In this document: positions 48,398 to 63,945 of the stretch, piece by piece | Layout: every line of letters begins with the position of its first letter | How positions within the stretch are numbered: the first letter of the stretch is position 1 | Origin: Dictyostelium discoideum | Lineage: Eukaryota | Direction: 5' to 3' | Assembly: GCA_000004695.1 (NCBI GenBank) | Contig: CM000154.2 | Span: forward strand, 3,360,001 to 3,424,000 | Length of the DNA: 64,000 nucleotides | Position numbers and translations under genes: made by a program | The notes under the pieces: model-generated | Seen by the model: the letters and a program-made list of their open reading frames with translations, nothing else | What the model was told of the DNA's origin: nothing | The model's database searches: none

Positions 48398-48727
48398 TTA
48401 ACTTTGCCTTGAAAGATCAGAATTAATTGAAATTGAAATCTGTCTTAAAGAAAGGTTAGGTTGATTTTTGTGAATATCAATAACTTTGGAAACTAAGATT
48501 GAATATTCCTCAGGAGTAAACTTTGGTTTTGTTCTTAATCTTCCATGAGATTGTCTGATTTTTCCATTTCTATAGTCTCGAAGATAATAATTAAGTTGAT
48601 CTTTGGTAAAGCCATTCTGTCTTGCTGCTTTAGAATAATTTCCCATCATTAAACCTTGTCCTATAGCATCATATATTCTCTCTGTCTTTTCAATTAATTG
48701 GTCTACTGATCTCTTTGGTTTTACCAT
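48398..48727 (-). CDS. Isolated 109-aa helix-turn-helix ORF resembling the N-terminal DNA-binding domain of a DNA-transposon transposase (pogo/Tc1-mariner/CENP-B type). Likely a transposon relic or a domesticated fragment.
   Basis: MVKPKRSVDQLIEKTERIYDAIGQGLMMGNYSKAARQNGFTKDQLNYYLRDYRNGKI...KPKFTPEEYSILVSKVIDIHKNQPNLSLRQIS has the pattern 'basic N-terminus, two short HTH units, then LSLRQI' seen in transposase N-termini. No DDE catalytic domain and no terminal inverted repeats are present nearby. Confidence 0.4.
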   Translation of the reverse strand: MVKPKRSVDQLIEKTERIYDAIGQGLMMGNYSKAARQNGFTKDQLNYYLRDYRNGKIRQSHGRLRTKPKFTPEEYSILVSKVIDIHKNQPNLSLRQISISINSDLSRQS

Positions 48728-49129
48728 TTTGTTAATATTATTATTGATTTTTGGTAAATAAAAAAAAAAAAAAATTACAATTTGTTTTTGGAAGTTAATT
48801 GCAATAATTATAATAGATTTTTTATTTTATTTAGAAAATTATATATTTTATTTTTTGAATTAAAAAAACTGATTACCACATTTTTTTAAATCGACAACCA
48901 CCAATAAAATAAAAAAAATTATTTATATAACCCCAGCAGTTAAAAATAGTTTTTATACAATCATTTTAATATTATAATTTACAACACAAAAAAACCTCAA
49001 TAAAATTAATAATAGTTATATTTTTGGAATTTTAAAATGAAAACTTTACAAATAATTAAATTTAATTTTAAAGCTATTAATTTATTTACAATATATTTTT
49101 TAATTTATTTGATTAAAAAAATACTATTA

Positions 49130-50881
49130 TTATTTGATATTTATTTGATAAATTGTAAATACCTTTTCACCCAATTCAATATTTGAATATTTTGAAAATA
49201 ATTGTGATAAATCTTTTTTAGCTTGATTAAAAAATAGAGTATTTAATTCTATGATAGATTTATGTAATTTCATTTGCCAACACCAATCAAATCTTTTTTC
49301 TAAATCTATTGATTTTTGATATAAATTTCTAATTTTAATTTGATTATTATCATCTTTTTCATAGTTCATTTTATTATTACTATTATTACTATCAATACCA
49401 TAATGATAAATTAAAGCTAACCAAAAATATGGCATTGATAAATTTGGATGTTTTGTTATTTCATTAATCAATGAATTTTTAATTAATGTGTGGCCATATT
49501 TACCAATATATCTATGAGATAATAATAATTCTTCGATTGAATATTCTAAAGGATGTAATGTTTGAAACATTGAGAAACATAATTTAAAATTTTCTTTACA
49601 AAATGAATGTAAACCTTCTTGATTTAATCTATAATAAAACAATTCCTCTTCGATTACCAATGGATTTAAACCACTTTTAAAATTATCTTGATTATTAAAT
49701 TCAATTGGTGATGTTGATTTTTTAATTTCAAACTGTTTATGTTGATAATGATCTTCATCATCATCATCATCTTGATCATCTTTATTCTCTTTGCTTTTAT
49801 TTATATTATTTTTATTAATTATATTATTACTATTATTTAAATGCTTATGATGCTTATGATTAAAAAAGTATCTATCAGCTCGTAACCAAAAATCCCAATC
49901 TTCCCAACCAAACCAACAAGATTCATCATATCCACCAACATTTTTCCACATTGATTTTTTGAATAATGCTGAACAATGTAATAAATTTGAATTTCTTAAA
50001 AGGTTTCTATTCCATTTTGGTATTTTCCAATCACCAACTTTATTAACATAACCCTTCTTATCATCAATATTACTATTTTTAAATCTTAATAAATTTGAAA
50101 TAACTACTATATTATCAATATTATCTTGGGATTGTTGTAGTCTCTTTTTTTCAATTTTTAAAATTGCTTTCTCAAAAAATGATTTATCGATTAAATCATC
50201 TGAATCTAAAGGTAGTATCCAAGTACCAGTTGAGAATTCAATACCAACATTCCTTGAATATGATAACCCTTTATTTCTATTAAAAATTATTGTAATATTC
50301 TATTTAGAAATAAAAAATAATAATTTTAATATTTTAATAATAATAATAAAAATAATTATTAAGTTTTTAAATAAAAAGATAAAATAAAAAAATCTTACCA
50401 TTTCATCAATAAATTTATTAAATAATGATATTAAATGTTTCTTTGAATTCCATTCTGTTGAACCATCATCAACAACTATAACTTCAAAATTCTTAAATGT
50501 TGATTCTTTCAATGAATTTAGTGTATACTCAATATATTTTAATTGATTATAAATTGGAATAATAACTGATATTAAAACATTATTGTTATTATTGTTATCA
50601 TTATTATTATTATTTTTTTTATTATAAAATTCTATGTTTATTTTACTGATTGAATATTTGTTTGATATTATCTTGTTGTATTTTGAAAGTGAATAATTAT
50701 GATTATTTTTATTATCATTATTATTTTCAATGTCTTCTTCAACATCAAAATTTTTATTATTATTATTATTATTATAAATTAAAATAAAAATAATAAATAA
50801 TATTAAAAAACTTAATAAAATTAAAAAATTTCTTAATGTTGATCCTTTAGTTTTTTTATTACTCTTTTTATTATAAAACAT
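49130..50881 (-). CDS. Family 2 glycosyltransferase (GT-A fold), type II membrane topology. 2 exons: 50399..50881 and 49130..50299, intron 50300..50398.
   Basis: N-terminal TM helix LRNFLILLSFLILFIIFILIY. GT2 motifs VLISVIIPIYNQLKYIEYTLNSL...FEVIVVDDGST (DxD) and, after the atg|GTAAGA...AATAG splice, NRNKGLSYSRNVGIEFSTGTWILPLDSDD plus WFGWEDWDFW. Confidence 0.75.
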
Positions 50882-50994
50882 TTTAATTAAAATATTTATT
50901 AAAACATATGAAAATTTTTGTTATTTTTTTTATAAATAACTATTAATATTATTATTAAGGTGTGTGAATATATTAAAAAAATGGGGTAAAAAAA

Positions 50995-51060
50995 ACAGTG
51001 AGAGATTGTGTATGAATTAAAAAAAAAAAGTGAGAGATTGTGTGTTGGGGTGATTTGTTT
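50995..51060. promoter_or_regulatory. GT-rich promoter island with a direct repeat AGTGAGAGATTGTGT(x2) and a GTTGGGGTGATTTG G-box-like element, 115-180 bp upstream of the GT2 gene start.
   Basis: A GC-containing island in otherwise A/T-homopolymer DNA. The 15-mer occurs twice, 33 bp apart. Confidence 0.35.
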
Positions 51061-52057
51061 TTTTTTTTTTTTTTTTTTTTGTTTTTTTTTATTGAAAAGA
51101 ATAAAATAGTTTTTGAAAAAAAAATGAAATAAATAAAAAAATATATACAAGTGAAAAAAAAAGATAAAGAAAATAAAAAAAAAATAAAAAAATAAAAAAA
51201 ATAAAAAGGATATAAATTAAGTTTCTACAACATGTCTAAAAATAAAAAATATATATAAAAATATAAAAATGTTATAAGCAACACAAGTTAAAAAAACAAA
51301 TAAAAAAAATATATTACTTTCATTGTTCATTTATATTAAGAATAAAAAATAAAAAAAAAAAAAAAATTTTAATTTATTTTTTTCTTTTTATTTTATTTTA
51401 TTTATTTTATTTTATTTTATTGTATTTTATTTTATTTTATTTTAAATGATGTGAAGCAAAATGAATAGAAAAAAAAAAACAATAAAAAAAAAATAATAAT
51501 TAAAAAAAAAAAAAAAAAAAGAAACAGAAAAAAAAAAAATAATAATAATAATAATAAAAATAATAAAAAAAAAAATCTTTTTTATTTAAATGAAATATTT
51601 GAGTTTTTAAATGCGAACCACAAATAAAAAATGTGTTTACTGCTGGTGTTAATGCAATTATCTCATTAATTATTATGAAAATACAAAAAAACAAAAAAAA
51701 AAAAAATATAAAAAAAAAAAAAAAAAAAAACAATAAACAAACGTTTTTGGTTATTCAATATGATTTAAATATTTTGAAAATAATAATAAAATTAAAAAAA
51801 AAATTAAAAAAAAATTAAAAAAATTAAAAAAAATTAAAAAATCATATATCTTTAAAAAAAAAATAAAAATAAAAATAAAAATAAAAAAAAAAAAATAAAA
51901 AAATCAAAAGATTTAAAAAAAAAAAAAAAAAATCATATATCTCTTAAAAAAAAAAAACACAAACTAAAATTTCTTCAATGATATTTAAAAAAAAAAAGTT
52001 ATATTTTAATTTAATTTAAAAAATAAAAAAAAAATAAAAAATAAAAAATAAAAAAAA

Positions 52058-52951
52058 ATGAAAGTAATAATTTTATTTTATTTTTTAATTTTAATTTTAA
52101 TTTTTTCAAAAATTGTAAAGTCATCAAATAATAATAATAATAATAATAATAATAAAGATAATCTTAATTGCCACAATATAATTAATGATGTTAATAACAA
52201 TAAAAAAATTAATGATGAAAATGTATATTTTGATTATCAAAATGATGAAATTTTAAAAGAAACAATTCATTATAATAATAGACTTTTAAAAAATAATAAA
52301 CAAATTAATCAAATTAATGATAATAACCCACCAACACAAACACCACCACCATTATCACCTTTTCAAGAAGGTATTTATAAAATTAGACCATCATTTCCAA
52401 ATGTGACATTAGGTGGTAAGAATGGTGGTCACTCATTTTTAACGAATTTAAAAGGGTCATGGGAACTTGGTGGTTATGATAGTTGGGTATTTTATAAGGA
52501 TAATGGGATATTACAAGTATTAAATAATGGTGATATTATTATAAGTGGTCCAATTGTACCAACAAATCAACAATCAAGTTGTCATAGTTGGTTTGTTAAT
52601 ATGATGTTTACACCATTACCAAAGGAAATTAAAAAAACACCAAGAAAAGATTTATACAAGCATTCTTATCAACCTTTAGGTTCGATTAATCCTGAAAATT
52701 GGAAATTCTATCAACCTATTCAACTATTAAATAATTCTTGGATTGCAATTGGTTGTAATCATATCAAAATCATTCAATTCGATGGTACAACTTTTCAAAA
52801 TAAACCACTTCAATTTGGTATTGGTGCAAATGGTAAAAATGAAAATAATGGTATATTATTCTCAATTCCAATACCATTTAATTCAAAAAATAATTTAAAA
52901 AATAAAAGAGATTATATTGATATAAATGTTGATATTGTTTTAATTTCTTAA
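52058..52951 (+). CDS. Secreted hypothetical protein (297 aa) with an N-terminal signal peptide.
   Basis: MKVIILFYFLILILIFSKIVKSS signal sequence, a poly-Asn tract, then a globular region containing conserved Cys/Trp residues. No family recognised. Confidence 0.5.
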   Translation: MKVIILFYFLILILIFSKIVKSSNNNNNNNNNKDNLNCHNIINDVNNNKKINDENVYFDYQNDEILKETIHYNNRLLKNNKQINQINDNNPPTQTPPPLSPFQEGIYKIRPSFPNVTLGGKNGGHSFLTNLKGSWELGGYDSWVFYKDNGILQVLNNGDIIISGPIVPTNQQSSCHSWFVNMMFTPLPKEIKKTPRKDLYKHSYQPLGSINPENWKFYQPIQLLNNSWIAIGCNHIKIIQFDGTTFQNKPLQFGIGANGKNENNGILFSIPIPFNSKNNLKNKRDYIDINVDIVLIS

Positions 52952-52975
52952 TAAATAAATAAATAAATAAAAAAA

Positions 52976-53001
52976 TTATTTATTTAATTCAATATTATTT
53001 A

Positions 53002-53065
<64 letters not shown>

Positions 53066-54159
53066 ATTTTCATCAATTGTATTTGATTCTAAACCGAAAT
53101 ATAATGAATTAATTAAAAATAAAGCACCTAATAAAATTGATTTTTGGTGAATTGTTGATTTTGGTGGGAAATCAATATAGATGTTATCTTTATCATTGAA
53201 AAGAGATTGTTGTAATCCTGAATATAATTTTGAGATTTCTCCAATTTCATCACCATCTGAAATTATATTTGAAAGTGTATTTAAAATTGATTGATCATTA
53301 TTTAAGAATGATTGTTGTTGTTGTTGGTGTTTTTGTTGATGATGATGTGGATTTTGTTGTTGATAAATTTTCATTTGATAATATGATGAAAGGGATTGAG
53401 ATGTTATCATTTTATTATTAGTTATATTTGAATTATTTTTAATTTTATGACCAACGATTTTAAATTGTTCATTATTATCATCATCATAAATTTTGAAAAC
53501 TGGTTGAAACCAACTAAACTCTTCTTTAACTCTACCTAAATAAACTCTTGGCGTTGCTGTGTTATCACCACAGAAAATTAGTAAATCTTGATGACAACTT
53601 TCAATTGCACAACAACATAGTATACCACAGAAGCAACCTTGTCTACCACATTGTTTATCTCTTTTAAATTTTAATATTTCACTTCCATCCAATGTTTGAA
53701 TACTAATTTTATATGGTCTATATTTTTGAAAACTTAAAAAATCTGAATAATTATCTCTATAATATTCTTTACCAATTAAAATTACTTTAATAAAAAAATA
53801 AATAAAAAAAAATAATAAATAAAAATTTTAGTAATTAAAAAAAAAAGAAATAAAAAAAAAAATAAAAAAAAAGATTGTTCACTGAAATTTTATTATTTTA
53901 AGTTGCTTTTACAATTATTTAAAAAAAAGAAAAAATGAGCCCAAAAAAGATATTTTCATTTTCGGTGAAAAAAAAAAAAAAAGCAATAAAAAAAAAAATG
54001 ATAGAAGATATATTTACAATCATTGTTGACGCCATAAATATTAAATTGGCCTTCTTTTTTTCTTGATTTAAAAATATTTTTAAAAAAATTATTTTCTTCA
54101 ATTGATTCCTTCACAATAAATGTATCAAAGTGTAAAAAAAATTCCAATGATTCATCCAT
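52976..54159 (-). CDS. Phospholipid scramblase family protein. 2 exons: 54018..54159 and 52976..53784, intron 53785..54017. About 316 aa.
   Basis: Scramblase hallmarks RPYKISIQTLDGSEILKFKRDKQCGRQGCFCGILCCC (compare human PLSCR1 [32 protein letters not shown]) and the Ca-binding/C-terminal helix DNIYIDFPPKSTIHQKSILLGALFLINSLYFG (compare [32 protein letters not shown]). The true ATG is at 54159 (MDESLEFFLHFDTFIVKESIEE... compare LEYLSQIDQILIHQQIELLE). The donor is t|GTAAAT (phase 1). The listed M at 53692 is a TTG inside exon 2. Confidence 0.75.
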
Positions 54160-55228
54160 TATTATTTTTATTGACGAAATTTGATTAAGTAAAATTTTAA
54201 TATAAAAATTCTATCTACAATTATACTATTTATAATTTACCACTAATAAAAAAAATATTAATTTGATAAAAAAAAAAAAAAATAAAAAAAAAAATAAAAA
54301 AAAATATAAAAAAATAAATAAAAAAAAATAAAAAAAAATAAAAATAATAATTGGCACCACACAAAAAAATTTTTGGTTTTGTTTTTAATTTTTTTTTTAT
54401 TAATTGAAATTTCATTTAATAAATTCTATTTTTATCAATTATTATTACTTTTTTTTTTTTTTTTTTTTTTTCATAATATAGATTTATAAAAAATAAATCA
54501 AAGTATTGAAATTAAATTAATTATTTCTTTGATGATTTTATTTTTATTTTATTTTATTTATTTTTTTATTTTTTTTTTTTTTAATTTTCCATTGTGATAC
54601 TCAAATAATAAAAAAAAAATATTGGTGATTGATGAATTAAAAATATAATTTTAATCATTGGTAATGGTATTATAAACTTCTTTTGCACATAGAAATTAAA
54701 TTTTTTTTTTTTTTTTTTTATGCAGTTAAATTTTATTATTTCCAAAAAAAAAATAAAATCACTGCCTTCCTAAAAAAAAAAAAAAAATATAAAAAAAAAT
54801 TAAAAAATAATAAAATTCGATGAATCTTTTTTTATGAGATTTACAGGGCATGCAAAGATATCCCAAAATATACACTCAAAAATTCGAAAAAAAAAAAATT
54901 ATTTATTTTTATTTTTTTTTATTTTTTTTTTATTTTTGATACACACAACTTAATTTTTATATGGTAGCATAAAAATTTATTTTTTTTTATTTTTAATTTT
55001 TGTTTTTTTTTTTTTAATAATTTTTTTTTTTTAAAATTTTTATTTCCCAATTAAATTTTTTTTTTTCTTTATTATTTTTAAGTCTTTCATCACATTATTA
55101 TTATCTCTCATTATTTTCTAAAATTATTTTTTGTTTTCCTAAAATTTTAAAAAAAAAAAAAAGAAAAAAACCAATGGGTATGTTATTATCATCACTCTTT
55201 TACTTTACACACACAACAAAACCTATAT

Positions 55229-55265
<37 letters not shown>

Positions 55266-55377
55266 CCACACGGAGCCTTTTTATAAATTTTTTTAAATAA
55301 ATTTATTTCAATAAAAATAAAAATTTAATAAAAATAAATTTTTTCCTTTTTTTTAAAAAAAAAAAAAAATTAAAAAA

Positions 55378-55425
<48 letters not shown>

Positions 55426-55489
55426 TAATATTAAAAAAAAAAAAAAAATTATTTTATTAAATAAAGAATTTTTATCAACATCCCAGTCA

Positions 55490-56665
55490 TTGCAAATTAA
55501 CTTTGATTCTCAGCAATCAGAACAAATCCAAGTCCCAATTGGATTTGATTCAAGCCAACCTCCACAAGAGTTTGAATTTGAAACAACTCCATTGAACCAA
55601 TTACCTTTTTTGAAACAAATTGATATTGCAGCTTCTCTTTCCTTTATTCCAGCCTCAATTGAAAACCTCACAACAGAAAATACCATTACTGTTTTTCCAG
55701 TTCTTGTTGGCCAAGGTGCTTTTTCTCAACAAGATTCACTTCTTCAATTCCCAGTAAGTCTTCAAAACATCAACATCAACAATAACAACAACAGCAACTT
55801 CCAACTTGGTTTAGTACCATCTTCACCACAATCTTCTATCTCATCACCATCAACCATTGAAAGTAATTATTTATCCAATCCATCATCTCCATGTCAAAGC
55901 ACACCAATTTTGGAATCATCCACTCCCTTTTCTCAAAAATTGATGTCAAACGAACAACAACAACAACAACAACCACAAAATTTCTCTTTCCCACAAAAAC
56001 AACAGCAAGCTGTTGACCTCAATGAATTCTTTGGTTTAAATTCAGTTGGGGGTGGTGGTCATTTCAAAGCATGCTTTTCACCAGATAACAGTTTCAATTT
56101 GTACAATGATCTTTCACCAGAGGCTAAATCTTGTTTCAAAATTTTCGCTAAAAAGTGTAAACCAACCACCGAACATGAAGTCTTTAACAAGGTTATGAAT
56201 TTGTTGAACAATTTAACTCTTGAAGAAATTGATTTGATTATCAAGTCCGTTTCACGTATTGAAAAGTATGATACGCTCATTGCAAAGGTCTTTGCCACCG
56301 AACTTGATGTAGCTAACTTCCCAAGTATCAATGCCAAGCTTTTGCTCCAAAATTTATTGGTCGAAATTATTGACCAAGACAGAAAATTGGTCTACCACCT
56401 CTTCCAACTAGATACTGATCATATTCACTCACTCAAAAATAAATGTTCAATCTTATCAATCTCTACCCCAGCCAGTGATTCCCTTAATTTCTCTGCTTTA
56501 CTTCAAGAAGATAGTAATAACAATAACAATAACAATAACAATAACAATAACAATAACAATAACAATAACAATAACAATAACAATAACAATAACAATAACA
56601 ATAACAATAACAATAATAATAATAATAATAACAATAATAATAACAATAATAATTATAATAATAAT

Positions 56666-56746
<81 letters not shown>

Positions 56747-57197
56747 TGTAACAACAGCTTGGTTAATGATAGCAACACTAATATTATCAACCACACACAT
56801 AACCTAAATTATAACCAAAATCAAAACCAAAACCTCAACAACAACTATAATTACGACTACAACTTCACCAATGATACCAATAATAACGTCTACCACCAAA
56901 ATAATACTTCTCCTGCTAATAATTCTCCTTATGTCACACCAGTTTTAAAAGATAATGAATTACATTCTCAACTTTTACCTCAAATTGCTCACCAACAACC
57001 AGTTGCAGTTCTTGCTAACTATCAACATAACCAACAACAACAATCACCACAACAAATACAACAACAATTATATAATCCACATTTACAAATACTATCACAA
57101 CAAACAAATTCAAACCCACATAATACTGAAAACATTGAAGTTCCAAAGATTAAACTTCAACCAAATTTCCAATCAACAACCACCACCACAATTACTC

Positions 57198-57241
<44 letters not shown>

Positions 57242-58369
57242 AATACTCCATTAATCTCCCAACTTATTCCAGAAAGTATTAAACCAAAGGCTTCAAATAA
57301 ATTGGCAAATAATTCAAATGGAAAGAAAGTTGGATCAAGTAAAAAGGTCTCTAAATCTGTTTTTCCAAAAGGTATCATTACACCACAATACTTTTCAATA
57401 CTTAAAGATAGATTTGGTTTCACTATGGAGTCATTGGAAAAAGCATCAAATCCAAATGGTGCAAACTATATCCACAGTTTAAATGGTTCGCTTGCTCTTG
57501 TAAACACTTGTCTCGTGCCAATCTCTAGTGAAGTTAGTACCGGTAGAGATAGTAAAAATGGTGTTGTCATCACCGTAAAAAACTATGGTGACTATACCAC
57601 CAAACTCACATTGGAATATGAATTGGTGACCTCCAACAATGAAGTCAATGATGATAAATTCTCTTTCAAAAAGAAAAATCTTTTAATGGTTGAACCAGGT
57701 ATCTTTTATTTCCAATACTCTATGAATAGAATTGACAAGAATGAAAAAGAGGTCTATATTAGATTCAATCTCATCTGCGAAGGTAAAGTCATTGATAGCA
57801 TTCAATCACCTCAAATCCGTTTCAGAAATACTCCAAGTGAATTTGATCAACCAAATAACGTTCAATTAGAGACTCTCATCGCTGATCAATTTAAAACCTA
57901 TAGTGATGACCACAGTGTTCACGTTAAATTCGTTGCTATTGCTAATCTCTTTAAGAAAGGTATCATTCCAAAAGCATCAAAAGATTCATCCTCCTCTCCA
58001 ACTGCTTCTTCTGCCGCTCCTGGTGATAGTAGTAGTGATGGTGAAGGTGATGAACAATCATCAACTTCAACTAAAAAGATGAAGAAAGGTAAACCACTCG
58101 AAGTCACTTTAAAACATAGCAGTGGTTTCACATTGGTCATCCCACAACACATTTCCAAAGCTAAACCAGAAGATATTTGGAGATTCCCAAAGAATTTAAT
58201 CTCTCAAACTAATATTCCAATTAAAAAATCTGAAGGTGATATCATTCATTTCCCTTACTCTTATGTTGTTGAATTCTCTGCTTTAGTTCCAAGAGGAAAT
58301 TATACCATTACTTTTGGTTATGAATTTGTCAATAAAAAAGCAAATCCAATCCATAATTTTGTTATTTAA
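55490..58369 (+). CDS. Q/N-rich putative nuclear regulatory protein, paralogue of 60675..63368 (possibly the CudA-like family of STAT-like DNA-binding proteins). The 5' end is incomplete and probably includes an upstream exon near 55174.
   Basis: The listed start at 55490 is a TTG. The frame is open upstream to a poly-A tract and there is no in-frame ATG for ~150 codons. An ATG at 55174 encodes MGMLLSS..., matching the MGMISS... start of the paralogue. The C-terminal ~330 aa (PKGIITPQYFSILKDRFGF...NGANYIHS...PEDIWRFPKNLI...PRGNYTITFGYEFVN) are conserved between the two genes. Naming as CudA-like is from memory of that family and unverified. Confidence 0.5.
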
Positions 58370-59880
58370 GATAATAAAAAAAAAAAAAAAAAAAATAGAA
58401 AAAAAGAGAATAATAAAAAAAAAAAAAAAAATAGAAAAAGAGAATAATAATAAAAAAAAAAAAAAAAATACCATCATTTTAATAAGATATATAAAAAAAA
58501 AAAACCAATAAAAATAAATAAAACCAGTTTAATAAGATAAATAAAAAAAAAAAAAACAATAAAAAAAAACAATTAAAAAATTAACTGTTTTTTTTTTTTT
58601 TAAGATTTTTTTTTTTTCGAAAATTAAAGTGAAAAAATGGATTTCAATAAACTAATAAAAAATGTGTTTATTGCGCGAACTAAATTTTTAAAAAGAATTT
58701 TTTTTTTAATACTCATTGGAACTTTTCGAGACCTTACTTAATTTTATATGTAGGCAACTATGAATAAAATATCGGTTTTGGTTCTAATAATAAACTTTTT
58801 TCAAAAAAAATATTAACTTGAACTTAATTCAATAATAAGTTTTTCATTTCAAATCTTTCCAAAATCAAAAAAAAAGATAATTGTTTCAGGTTTTGAATAT
58901 ATTTTATTATTTTTATTTTTTCATTTATTGTTTTCCATTTAAATAAAATATTTGTTTAATAATTTTTTTATTTTTAATAATTCAATTCTCTAAAAAAAAA
59001 AAAAGTTAAATAAAAACGGGAAAAAAAAACACTTTATAACCAAAACCAAATTTTTTGTTTTTTTTTTTTTCTTAAAAAGTAAATGGATCGTGCCAAATTA
59101 ATTTCAGGATAAAAATAAAAAAAAAAAATAAAATAAAAATAAAAAAAAAATAAAAATAAAAAAAAAAAAATAAAAAAAGTTAAAATTTTCCATGTTTTCA
59201 TATTTTATATAAAATAAAAATAAAAAAAATGGAAAGTGATCAATACCGCCTTTACACCTCCATGATGATTTTGTTTTTTCAAAAACCAAAAGGCAAAACA
59301 AAATTTTTAATTGGATTTGAATAAATTTTATTTCAAAAAAAAATTTGTTAATGTTGCATAAAGTGAAAAAAAGGGGTTTGAGTGAATTGTAAAAAAGTGA
59401 AATCCATGACGAAATTTTTTTTTTTTTAAATTTTATTTTTTTTTTAATTCAAAAAAATTGAATTACACATTTTTTTTTTTTGATATTTTTCGGTGTGTCT
59501 ATCCAAAAATGAACAAGTGGTCATATTAAAATAAGTTAAATCAAAATAATACCCCTCCTCCATATAAATGGTCCCAATATTTTTAAAAATTTTTTTTTGT
59601 AATTCACAAAAATAAATTTAATTAGGCCAGGCAGCCTTTGTTTAAATGTTAAAATAAAATTATGCCGCAATTTTAAAATTTTTTTTAAAAAAAATAGCCA
59701 CACAAAAATTTTAATTACAGACATCATACATATAGTACTTTTTTTTTTTTTTTTATTTTTTTTTATTTTATGTAGTTTTTTTTTTCAGGGCACTTTTTTT
59801 TTTTATTTTTTTTTTATTCCATTATTTTTTTTTTATTCCACCGTTTCATTTTATGTTTGTTTCTTTACATTTTTTAGAAA

Positions 59881-59919
<39 letters not shown>

Positions 59920-60419
59920 ATTTCCATAGTTTTTTAATAAACCTTAAAAAAAATATTTATAATATATATTTTTTTAGTTATTAATAAAAGGACCGGAAAT
60001 TATAATTTTAAATTTTCTTTTTTATTTAAATTTTTTCTTTTAAAAAAATTTTTTTTTTATCCTAATCAATTATTTTTTTTTTTTTTTTTTTTTTTTATAA
60101 AAAAATAGATGGATTTTCCACAAATAAATCAAAACTTAGTGAAGGTTTCCAAAGTGAACAAAGGTTTGTCATTTTATATTATTTTATTTTCACCAACTTA
60201 CATATATATATATTGGTGATGGTTTGAAAAAAAAATTAAAAAAAAAAAAAATTAAAAAATAAAAAAAATAAAACGACACAAAAAAAAAAAAGCCACATAA
60301 CTAATTCTTATCCAATTTTTTTTTTTCCTAAATAAATTGTTTTAAATTAAAACAGTAATAATATCATTGAAAATAATTTCCACAATTTATTTCATGGAAA
60401 TTTCAATACAAATTTCTTA

Positions 60420-60420
<1 letters not shown>

Positions 60421-60516
<96 letters not shown>
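60421..60516. repeat. (AAT)n microsatellite of about 32 units in the open frame immediately upstream of the 60675 gene.
   Basis: Direct reading. In frame with the downstream ORF it would encode poly-Asn. Confidence 0.9.
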
Positions 60517-60674
60517 TTATAATTAGTTCACCAATTCTTTCTGCTTCTCCATCATTATCTCCAAGATTCCAGGATATTTTAGAAAATAATTCTGTTTCAA
60601 TTAATATACAATCATCAATTTCAGAAAGTCCACCAAATTCTACAGATTGGCAATTAGAAAAATTTGACGACTCA

Positions 60675-63368
<2,694 letters not shown>

Positions 63369-63376
63369 GAAAATAT

Positions 63377-63421
<45 letters not shown>

Positions 63422-63654
63422 AGAGATTGGAAATATCTGTATCTTTATCTAAAAATTATTTTCAAATATCCTTTGGTTATTATCTCTTTTTAAAGAAGTT
63501 ATTATTTTCAATTTAATTATTAATAATAAAATAAAAAAAATGTTTTTTTAGTCTCACCAGGAAAAAAAAAAAAAAAATTAAAATTATATCTCAATAATAA
63601 AAATAATAAAATAATATGTTTAAATTAATCTCCTAAGAGATGCAAAAGATATAT

Positions 63655-63945
63655 TTTATTATTCTTTTTGTTGTTGTCCTTTGCACCATTTTTTCCTTTA
63701 TTGTAACGAAATATAATTTACTGCAATTTGTAAATTGTGATTTAAGTTTTTAAAGATAGGGCCCAAGAGAGACAACTTTGAAAGTATTGTTGATTTTATC
63801 TTTTTTTTTTGTTGTTGTTTTGTTTTTGTTCTTTTGAATATTTTGCACCATTTTTTTCCTTTATTGTAACGAAATGTAGTTTGCAAACTGTGATTTAAGT
63901 TTTTAAAGAAAGACAAGGCCCAAGAGAGACGAGTTTGGATTTTTT
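63655..63945. repeat. Two tandem copies (period ~180 bp, ~85% identity) of a ~110-bp unit TTTGCACCATTTTTTCCTTTATTGTAACGAAAT...GTGATTTAAGTTTTTAAAGA.AG...GGCCCAAGAGAGAC.
   Basis: Copy 1 is at ~63668-63775 and copy 2 at ~63843-63945. They share long identical stretches (ttgcaccatttttt(t)cctttattgtaacgaaat, tgtgatttaagtttttaaaga, ggcccaagagagac). They lie 3' of the 60675 gene. Confidence 0.8.

Noticed and set aside
53919-54101. ORF 53919..54101- and the tail of 53956..54159- (FFFYCFFFFFHRK) as separate genes.
   Set aside because: They overlap the first exon and the T-rich intron of the scramblase gene; only the first 47 codons of 53956..54159 are coding.
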